Shown piece after piece: positions 56,859-64,000 of a stretch of DNA of 64,000 nucleotides; within the stretch, counting starts at the first letter, position 1, and every line of letters starts with the position of its first letter. Made by a program: the position numbers and the translations under genes. The notes under the pieces were generated by a model. It saw nothing but the letters and a program-made list of their open reading frames with translations, ran no database searches and had not been told where the DNA came from. The stretch covers positions 149,064-213,063 of the forward strand of contig WRKO01000001.1 in the NCBI GenBank assembly GCA_009782215.1. The letters are read 5' to 3'. This DNA is from Oscillospiraceae bacterium (GTDB lineage: Bacteria > Bacillota > Clostridia > Oscillospirales > UBA929).

Positions 56859-57896
56859 ATGAAGACTATATTTATCGTGGATGACAACGACACCAACCTG
56901 ATGACGGCCAAGACGGCGCTGGACGGCGCGTACCGGGCGTTTGCCCTGCCGTCTGCCGCGAAAATGTTCAAGCTGGCGGAGAAAATCATGCCGGATTTGA
57001 TTCTCTTGGACATAGATATGCCGGAAATGGACGGATTTGAGGCGATGCGGGCGCTGAGGGCGGATGAGCGGCTGAAGGATGTCCCGGTCATCTTCCTTAC
57101 GGCAAAGAATGACGCCGCGACGGAGATACAGGGCTTTGAAATGGGCGCCCTTGACTTCATCAACAAGCCCTTTTCCCCGCCTGTGCTGGTGAGACGCATT
57201 GAGACGCACATCGAAACGGATAAGCTGATTAAGAAAAACCAAAAAGCCGTGCGCGATATCCACAACGCAACCATCAGCGTCATCGCGGATGTGGTGGAAA
57301 GCCGCGACAAGGTGACCGGCGGACACATCGAGCGGACGCAGGTTTATCTGGAACTCCTTGTCAATGAACTCATCCGCACGGGCGTTTACGCTGAGGAGGT
57401 ATCGGCTTGGGACATCCATCTGCTGCTGCCGTCGGCGCAGTTGCATGACGTCGGGAAAATCAATATCAGCGATTTGATTCTCAACAAGCCCGGAAAACTC
57501 ACCGACGAGGAATTTGCCGTCATCAAGACCCATTGCATCGAGGGAGAGAACATCATCGACCGCATCATCTCCAAAACAAAAGACGACGGCTTTTTGCTCC
57601 ACGCCAAGAGGTTCGCGGGCTATCACCATGAAAAATGGAACGGCGGGGGGTATCCGAGAGGTCTTTCTGGCTTGGACATTCCCCTTGAGGGGCGGCTGAT
57701 GGCGGTGGCGGACGTATATGACGCGCTGGTGTCCGAGCGCCCGTATAAAAAGCCGTTTAGCCACGAGCAGGCGGTTGAGATTATCAAGAAAGAGAGCGGC
57801 GCGCAATTTGACCCGAAGGTCGTTGAGACGTTTCTGAATATTGCCGATGATTTTTGGGTGGAGTCTACAACACAGGGAAGCGAGACGTCTGAATGA
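56859..57896 (+). CDS. response regulator with HD-GYP output domain (RpfG-type, putative c-di-GMP phosphodiesterase)
   Basis: REC (IVDDNDTN, LILLDIDMPEMDG, LTAKND, INKP) followed by HD (QLHDVGKI) and HHEKWNGGGYPRGL (GYP). Confidence 0.9.
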   Translation: MKTIFIVDDNDTNLMTAKTALDGAYRAFALPSAAKMFKLAEKIMPDLILLDIDMPEMDGFEAMRALRADERLKDVPVIFLTAKNDAATEIQGFEMGALDFINKPFSPPVLVRRIETHIETDKLIKKNQKAVRDIHNATISVIADVVESRDKVTGGHIERTQVYLELLVNELIRTGVYAEEVSAWDIHLLLPSAQLHDVGKINISDLILNKPGKLTDEEFAVIKTHCIEGENIIDRIISKTKDDGFLLHAKRFAGYHHEKWNGGGYPRGLSGLDIPLEGRLMAVADVYDALVSERPYKKPFSHEQAVEIIKKESGAQFDPKVVETFLNIADDFWVESTTQGSETSE

Positions 57897-58888
57897 GACA
57901 TCTTTTTGTCATCAACCCCCACTCCTTCCGAACCATCGGCAGCTTGAAACGCATTCTGATGGATATGGAAAATTGCTTTTCGGTCGGGCGCAGAATGGAG
58001 TATAAAATCTATATTTCGCGCCGTCCGCGCGACGCCGTCGCCGCGGTGCGCCGGTATCTCCTTACCGTTCCGCCCCAAGAGACGGTGCGCGTCTATGCCG
58101 TGGGCGGCGACGGTATTCTTTTTGACTGTCTGAACGGCATGGTCAGATTCCCGAACGCCGAGCTGACAAGCGTGCCTTACGGGAGCGCAAATGATTTTGT
58201 GCGCGCGTTCGGCGACGACGCGGCCCCGGCGTTCCGCGACATTAAGGCGCTGTCCGCCGCGCCCTCGCGCCCGGTGGACGTTATACACTGCGGCCCGAAC
58301 TTCGCGCTGATTGAAGTGAATGTCGGCCTTGTCGGGCAGACGGTTATACACGCGAATACGTTTCTGCGCCATACCAACCTAAATCGGATGCGCCGTTTCA
58401 CACCCCACGTCTATACCCTTGCCGCGCTGAAGTCTGTGACGAACATGGATATTATACGGCAGAAATATACCGTTTCAATCGACGGGGAGGATATGTCGGG
58501 CAGTTACTGCAATATCCACATCGCAAACATCCCGTGCGACGGCGGCGCTTTTGTGCCAAGCCCCTATGCCGTACCGGACGACGGGCTTTTGGACGTGATT
58601 TTTCTCTCCGGCAACCGAAGCGTTGATGTGATAAAGCGGATTGGCGACCGCAACAGCGGGCATTTTGAAAAGCACACTGCCTTTGTGTACAAAAAATGCA
58701 GGACGGTAACGATTCAAAGCGACCTCCAGCTCTGTACCCAGATGGACGGCGAGGCGTTCTATACGCATGAGGTTACGCTGGAAATCATTCCGGGCGGAAT
58801 CAAGTTTTTCGCGCCGCAGGGTTTAGACTTCGCGGATTACTCGCACAGGGCGTACCGGAAAGAGAAAGGCGGCGGGAATCATGGGTAA
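57893..58888 (+). CDS. diacylglycerol kinase catalytic-domain (YegS/LCB5-like) lipid kinase
   Basis: FVINPHS, YAVGGDGILFDCLNGM (GGDG), VPYGSANDF; ATGA overlap with the regulator gene. Confidence 0.85.
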   Translation: MRHLFVINPHSFRTIGSLKRILMDMENCFSVGRRMEYKIYISRRPRDAVAAVRRYLLTVPPQETVRVYAVGGDGILFDCLNGMVRFPNAELTSVPYGSANDFVRAFGDDAAPAFRDIKALSAAPSRPVDVIHCGPNFALIEVNVGLVGQTVIHANTFLRHTNLNRMRRFTPHVYTLAALKSVTNMDIIRQKYTVSIDGEDMSGSYCNIHIANIPCDGGAFVPSPYAVPDDGLLDVIFLSGNRSVDVIKRIGDRNSGHFEKHTAFVYKKCRTVTIQSDLQLCTQMDGEAFYTHEVTLEIIPGGIKFFAPQGLDFADYSHRAYRKEKGGGNHG

Positions 58889-61607
58889 AGCAGCAAGCAA
58901 CCACAAAGAGAATCGCCGCAGGCTAAAAACTTGGCTGATTCTATCGACGGGCATCCTCGTCATATACGGCGGGATCCTTCTGCTTGACGCGTTTTTCTTC
59001 GGCGGCAGCACCCGCGTCGCGGGCGTATCCATACTGGCTGGTTCGCCGATCATTATATTCGCTTATATCGTGTATTACCTTTTCCCGCAGTTTCGCAGTA
59101 TTCCGCTTTATGTCGGGATCATGACGAATATCGTCTTTATCGCGGTCGGCGCGTATCTGCAGTATTTGGATTTTTATTTCTTTGTGATGATTTTGGTCGT
59201 CGGCACGATAACGACAACCAAAAATGTCAGGCAGATGTCGATTTTTGTAGCGGTATCGGGCGTTATAAACATCTTGGCGATGATTTTCTTAATCCCTAAT
59301 TTGGAATGGCTGAGTACCTTCCGCTTTTTCATGCAGTTTGTCATGTACTTCTTCGGCTCGGGGCTCATGCTGATTCAGACATATCACGTCGAGCAAAAGG
59401 ACAACCGCTCAGAGCGCGCCCTCGCGGCGTTTTCCGCCCTTTTACGCAGCACGCCGAATTTAATGGCCATCACCGACGCGGAGAGCAGGGTGTTGTATCT
59501 TTCCGACCCTATGGCACGGTTTATCCGCTGTCCCATCAAGGAATACGCGGTCGGACAGCCGCTGATAGACCTTGTGGCCGACGAGGATTTGAAGTTTATG
59601 TTTGCCGATATGCTGGACGCGGACGGATTCTTTGAAACCATCATGGAGCTGGACATGGACGGGGAACGGCGGCATTTCAAGATTGTGGCGGATAAGCTCG
59701 GAGGCGAGAACGAGGGGGTGTTTATCGACATCGCCGATATTACGCCTACGGTTAAAAGCCGGCAGGACGCCATAGAAGCGCAAAAGGCCGCGGAAGAGGC
59801 CAATAAGAGTAAAACAAACTTTTTGACCTCCATGTCCCATGAGATCCGCACGCCGATGAACGCGATTCTGGGCGTAGCGCAGATCCAGCTTCAGAGGGCG
59901 GATCTGCCGGAGGAATATGCTTCGGCGCTTCAAAAGATATATCAGTCCGGCAGCAATCTGCTCGGAATCATCAATGACATTCTGGATATGTCGAAAATAG
60001 AATCGGGGAAAATGGAAATCAACCCTATTGAGTATGACGTGCCGAGCCTGATAAACGACGCGGTGCAGCTCAATATCGTACGTATCGGCTCCAAGCCAAT
60101 CGAATTTCTGCTCGACATCAACGAGAACCTTCCCTCAAGGCTCATCGGCGATGAGCTGCGGCTGAAGCAGATATTGAGCAATCTGCTTTCCAACGCCATC
60201 AAGTACACGGAGGAAGGATATGTGAAGCTGTCTATAAGCCATTCGGCCCAAGACGGCGATATTGTGCTGCGGTTCATCGTGGAGGATACGGGGCAGGGGA
60301 TGACCCCGAAAGACCAGAAGCGGCTCTTTTCGGAATACTCACGCTTTAACGCCGAAGCAAACCGTGATGTTGAGGGGACGGGCATTGGACTGAACATAAC
60401 AAAAAACCTCGTGCATCTGATGGGCGGCACGATTGAGGCGGAAAGCGAGTTCGGCAAGGGCAGCATATTCACCGTTACGGTCAGGCAAGCGCCGGCCGAG
60501 TGCCTGCCTATCGGCTCCGAATTGTCGGAAAGGCTGCGGAATTTTACCTTCACCGGAGAAAAGCAGACGGCAAGGCAGAGGGTTGAGTCTATGCCGTACG
60601 GGAAAGTGCTGATTGTGGACGACGTGGAAACGAATCTATATGTGGCGGAGGGGCTGATGTCGCCCTATAGGTTGCAGATTGATACGGCCATCAGCGGGTT
60701 TAAGGCCATAGAGATGGTGAAAAGCGGCAAGAACTATGACGTCATATTCATGGATCACATGATGCCGCAAATGGATGGGATAGAGGCGACGCAAAAGCTG
60801 CGCGGCATGGGGTATGAAGGCGCCGTCATCGCGCTGACGGCCAACGCTTTGGTGGGCAATGACGTGATGTTTAAGCAAAACGGCTTTGATGATTTCATCT
60901 CCAAGCCGATAGACGTGCGGCGTTTGAACGCCGCCTTGAATAAATTTGTCCGGGACAGGCATTCCCGTAGGGACGCCATACATGGCGTCCGCACAGCCGC
61001 ACCGCACATGTATGGCGTCCCCGCAGCCGAACCAACGGACGCCATGTATGGCGTCCCTACAATGGCCGCAATTCCCCCAAAGCTGCGGGAGATATTTTGC
61101 CGTGATGCGGGGAAAGCGGTGGCCGCGCTTAGAGAAACCTCCGCGAACGGCGACGTCAAGCGGTTCACCACCACCGCGCACGCCATGAAATCCGCGCTGG
61201 CGAATATCGGGGAGGATGAAAAGTCCGGGCTGGCGCAGGCGCTTGAACACGCCGGATTGAACGGCGATACGGACTTTATAGCCGCCAACACGGAAGGCTT
61301 TATCCGAACGCTTGAAGCCCTGATTGCGCGCTTTGCGCCGCCGGGAACCGAAGCGGACGAAGCCGCGGACAGACTGGAGGACACGGCGTATCTGGCGGAG
61401 CAGCTTACGATGATTCAAGCCGCGTGCGGGAATTACGACGATACGGCGGCCTACGCCGCCCTTAACCGGCTGAAGGCGCAGCCGTGGAGAAAGGAGACGT
61501 CGGACGCGCTTGAGGCTATCCGCGACGCGCTGTTTCTGCACAGCGACTTTGACGGGGCGGCGGCGATGGCGGCGGCGCTGGCTGAAACGCGCGGGGCGTC
61601 TGGATGA
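58881..61607 (+). CDS. hybrid sensor histidine kinase 1 (6-TM sensor, PAS, HisKA, HATPase, REC, Hpt)
   Basis: H-box SHEIRTPMNAI, N/G boxes (LLSNAIKYT, DTGQGM, GTGIGL), REC (LIVDDVETN..IFMDHMMPQMDG..LTANA), Hpt (TTAHAMKSALANIG). Confidence 0.9.
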   Translation: MGKAASNHKENRRRLKTWLILSTGILVIYGGILLLDAFFFGGSTRVAGVSILAGSPIIIFAYIVYYLFPQFRSIPLYVGIMTNIVFIAVGAYLQYLDFYFFVMILVVGTITTTKNVRQMSIFVAVSGVINILAMIFLIPNLEWLSTFRFFMQFVMYFFGSGLMLIQTYHVEQKDNRSERALAAFSALLRSTPNLMAITDAESRVLYLSDPMARFIRCPIKEYAVGQPLIDLVADEDLKFMFADMLDADGFFETIMELDMDGERRHFKIVADKLGGENEGVFIDIADITPTVKSRQDAIEAQKAAEEANKSKTNFLTSMSHEIRTPMNAILGVAQIQLQRADLPEEYASALQKIYQSGSNLLGIINDILDMSKIESGKMEINPIEYDVPSLINDAVQLNIVRIGSKPIEFLLDINENLPSRLIGDELRLKQILSNLLSNAIKYTEEGYVKLSISHSAQDGDIVLRFIVEDTGQGMTPKDQKRLFSEYSRFNAEANRDVEGTGIGLNITKNLVHLMGGTIEAESEFGKGSIFTVTVRQAPAECLPIGSELSERLRNFTFTGEKQTARQRVESMPYGKVLIVDDVETNLYVAEGLMSPYRLQIDTAISGFKAIEMVKSGKNYDVIFMDHMMPQMDGIEATQKLRGMGYEGAVIALTANALVGNDVMFKQNGFDDFISKPIDVRRLNAALNKFVRDRHSRRDAIHGVRTAAPHMYGVPAAEPTDAMYGVPTMAAIPPKLREIFCRDAGKAVAALRETSANGDVKRFTTTAHAMKSALANIGEDEKSGLAQALEHAGLNGDTDFIAANTEGFIRTLEALIARFAPPGTEADEAADRLEDTAYLAEQLTMIQAACGNYDDTAAYAALNRLKAQPWRKETSDALEAIRDALFLHSDFDGAAAMAAALAETRGASG
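60967..61060. repeat. in-frame palindromic repeat module (two 24-nt inverted arms plus a half unit)
   Basis: GTAGGGACGCCATACATGGCGTCC 60967-60990 is the exact reverse complement of 61037-61060; half copy 61007-61020. Confidence 0.85.
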
Positions 61608-61630
61608 ATACAGAAAAGGGGGCTGTCTCA

Positions 61631-64000
61631 ATGAATGTTGAAAAGCTGTACAAGTATAATTTAAGGGCGGTCATCATCATCACGCTGTTCCTTGGCGGGC
61701 TGAACGTGCTGACCAACCAGTACGCCGCGGCGGGGGCTTTGCTCGGCTTCCTGATGCTGCTGATGGTTGTTTGCGGCATTCTGGCCAGCCGTATTTCCTT
61801 AACGGCGAGAATTTTATTGGTCGTTATCGGGAAATCCGCGATGACATTTTTGAATCTGTTTATGAAGGATACGGTTTATGAGTCGTTCCCGGCATTCCTC
61901 GCGGTCGTTATCCTGACGCAGATTTACTTCAACCGCAAAATTATTGTCATTCAGGGGATTACGCTGACGGCGATACTGGTGACCTATACGGCTCTGAATT
62001 ATGAGATTCTGTTTGAAAAGCATGAGCCGATGGCGATGGCGATATGTATCGCGACGTTGATTCTGGGGGTTATCTTCTCCTACATGATTGCCGGGCTGAA
62101 CAACAGCTTTGTCAAGACCGCGGACGATAAAACCAAAAGCGCCGAGGAAGCGCAGGCAAGAGCTGAGATGGCAAACGCAACCAAAACAAAGTTTCTGGCC
62201 ACCATGTCGCATGAAATCCGTACGCCGATGAACGCGATTATCGGGATAGCGCAAATCAATCTGCAAAAAAGCGGCTTGCCGGAGGAATACGCTTCGGCGT
62301 TCGGCAAAATCAATACGTCCGGGAACAATCTGCTGGGCATCATCAATGATATCCTCGATATGTCAAAGATTGAAACAGGAAAAATGGAACTCATCCCTGT
62401 TGAATATGATATCCCGAGCCTTGTCTACGACACCGTGCAGCTTAATGTCGTTCGGATTGGCTCCAAAGAAATTGAGTTCATCCTCGACATAGACGAGAAC
62501 CTTCCGTCAAGGATGATTGGCGACGAGCTGCGGTTAAAGCAGATTATGAACAATCTGCTTTCCAACGCCATCAAGTATACCGAAAAGGGGCATGTGAAGC
62601 TGACGGTAACCTACGCGATGTGCGGCGAGGATATGTTCCTGCGGTTTATTGTGGAGGACACGGGGCAGGGCATGAGGAAAGAAGACAGTGAAAGGCTTTT
62701 TTCGGAATATTCGCGCTTTAACATCGAAGCCAACCGGACGATTGAGGGAACCGGCATCGGCTTGAGCATTGTGAAAAACTTGACCGACTTGATGAACGGG
62801 ACGATTGCGGTTGAGAGCGAATACGGTAAAGGCAGTACCTTCACAGTCTCCGTCAAGCAAACGGCGGTGGCGTGCAGCGTCATCGGGCCGGAGCTTTCAG
62901 AGCGGATACGGACTTTCTCGTTTGTGGTGGATAAGCAGACCTCGAATATGCAAATAATCCGCGAGCCCATGCCGTACGGGAAAGTGCTGATTGTGGACGA
63001 TGTGGAGACGAATCTATATGTGGCGGAGGGCTTGATGTCGCCCTATCAGCTAACGATTGAAACGGCGATCAGCGGCTTCAAGGCCATAGAGAAGGTGGAG
63101 CGCGGCGGGGCCTACGACATTATTTTCATGGATCACATGATGCCGCTGATGGACGGGGTCGAAACAGCGAAGAAGCTGCGCGCGTCGGGGTATGGCGGGG
63201 TGATTGTCGCGCTGACGGCCAACGCTTTGGTGGGCAATGATAAAATGTTCAAGGAAAACGGCTTTGACGGATTTATCGCAAAGCCGATAGATGTGCGGCA
63301 CCTGAACACGGTCTTGAATAAATTTGTCCGGGACAAGCATTCCCGTAGGGACGCCATACATGGCGTCCGCGCAACGGCTGAACCACCGGACGCCCACGGC
63401 GTCCCCGCAGCGGCGCCAACGGACGCCATGTATGGCGTCCCTACAATGGCCGAAATCCCCCCAAAGCTGCGTGAGGTGTTTTGCCGGGATGCGGGGAAAG
63501 CGGTGGCCGCGCTTAGAGAAACCTCGGCAAACGGTGACGTCAAGCTGTTTACCACCACCGCGCACGCCATGAAATCCGCGCTGGCGAACATAGGGGAAAG
63601 GGAGATGTCCGAGCTTGCGCTTAGGCTGGAAAACGCCGGACTGAATGGAGACTTGGAATACATAGCCGCCGGTACGGAAGAATTTGTGCGCAAGCTTGAA
63701 GCCCTTGCGGAAAGCTTTTCCCCGGAAGCCGCGGAGGAAACCGGGGACATACAGGAGGACACGGAAGCCCTGATTGCGCAGCTTTCAATCATCCAAACCG
63801 CCTGCGGGGATTATGACGACACAGCCGCCTACGCGGCGCTTGACTGGCTGAAAGAGAAGCCGTGGGGGAAAAGGACGTCGGACACCCTTGAGGCTATCTG
63901 CGACACGCTATTTCTGCACAGCGACTTTGACGGCGCGGCGGCGATGGCGGCGGCGTATTTGGCGTTTTGCCGCGGAGACCCGATTCACCCGCCGGGCGCG
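61631..64000 (+). CDS. hybrid sensor histidine kinase 2 (different TM sensor, no PAS; HisKA, HATPase, REC, Hpt), 3' end outside window
   Basis: Manually translated: ATG 61631 after AAAAGGGGG; open to base 64000 (790 codons); SHEIRTPMNAI H-box, REC and Hpt near-identical to kinase 1; absent from ORF track because no stop in window. Confidence 0.85.
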   Translation, partial: MNVEKLYKYNLRAVIIITLFLGGLNVLTNQYAAAGALLGFLMLLMVVCGILASRISLTARILLVVIGKSAMTFLNLFMKDTVYESFPAFLAVVILTQIYFNRKIIVIQGITLTAILVTYTALNYEILFEKHEPMAMAICIATLILGVIFSYMIAGLNNSFVKTADDKTKSAEEAQARAEMANATKTKFLATMSHEIRTPMNAIIGIAQINLQKSGLPEEYASAFGKINTSGNNLLGIINDILDMSKIETGKMELIPVEYDIPSLVYDTVQLNVVRIGSKEIEFILDIDENLPSRMIGDELRLKQIMNNLLSNAIKYTEKGHVKLTVTYAMCGEDMFLRFIVEDTGQGMRKEDSERLFSEYSRFNIEANRTIEGTGIGLSIVKNLTDLMNGTIAVESEYGKGSTFTVSVKQTAVACSVIGPELSERIRTFSFVVDKQTSNMQIIREPMPYGKVLIVDDVETNLYVAEGLMSPYQLTIETAISGFKAIEKVERGGAYDIIFMDHMMPLMDGVETAKKLRASGYGGVIVALTANALVGNDKMFKENGFDGFIAKPIDVRHLNTVLNKFVRDKHSRRDAIHGVRATAEPPDAHGVPAAAPTDAMYGVPTMAEIPPKLREVFCRDAGKAVAALRETSANGDVKLFTTTAHAMKSALANIGEREMSELALRLENAGLNGDLEYIAAGTEEFVRKLEALAESFSPEAAEETGDIQEDTEALIAQLSIIQTACGDYDDTAAYAALDWLKEKPWGKRTSDTLEAICDTLFLHSDFDGAAAMAAAYLAFCRGDPIHPPGA
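63345..63444. repeat. in-frame palindromic repeat module (same 24-nt inverted arms, different middle palindrome)
   Basis: Arms 63345-63368 and 63421-63444 identical to those in kinase 1; middle GGACGCC-CAC-GGCGTCC at 63388-63404. Confidence 0.85.

Noticed and set aside
60967-63444. Repeated palindromes considered as a CRISPR array or transposon inverted repeats.
   Set aside because: There are only two modules, 2.4 kb apart, each inside a paralogous coding sequence. There is no regular repeat-spacer periodicity, and there are no cas genes or transposase.

Overview
This is a high-GC Firmicutes/Clostridia-type chromosomal window. Spot counts gave about 68% G+C in core genes. The synteny resembles Oscillospiraceae/Ruminococcaceae, which is an inference. 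Most of the window is housekeeping.

Gene order, left to right:
- ptsH-uvrC-rsmD-coaD.
- A compact dcw division/cell-wall cluster: mraZ-rsmH-ftsL-PBP-murE-mraY-ftsW-murG-murA-ftsQ-ftsZ.
- An oxidoreductase / sugar-phosphate nucleotidyltransferase / GHMP sugar kinase trio.
- A small HTH plus 4-TM gene pair.
- An ECF sigma and putative anti-sigma pair.
- A P-type ATPase and a secreted beta-propeller protein.
- folC-valS on the minus strand.
- A lipoate ligase-like gene and a single low-GC membrane gene.
- gdpP-rplI-dnaB-tilS-hpt-ftsH-recG.
- A 10-kb minus-strand block: short cca-like, Fe-S aldo/keto reductase, VanW, rmuC, PBP1A and tauE-like genes plus a FrhB-like fusion, with ruvX embedded on the plus strand.
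- ygiQ, tRNA-Met and tRNA-Glu.
- A lower-GC accessory stretch: an SGNH/SASA esterase and a signalling operon. The operon encodes a REC-HD-GYP regulator, a DAG-kinase-like lipid kinase and two tandem hybrid histidine kinases with Hpt domains. The second kinase runs off the window.

I found no CRISPR array, transposase, integrase or recognisable defence genes.

The most unusual signals:
1. Perfect 24-nt inverted, self-palindromic REP/BIME-like units are translated in frame in the REC-Hpt linkers of both hybrid kinases. A related twin palindrome lies downstream of ftsZ.
2. The phosphorelay / HD-GYP / lipid-kinase operon itself.
3. A pair of GAAC-N4-GTTT boxes and GTGGG repeats lie at the dcw promoter.
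4. A low-GC orphan membrane gene.
5. A half-length cca-like gene.

Start codons and all motif calls were made by eye, so they need computational confirmation.
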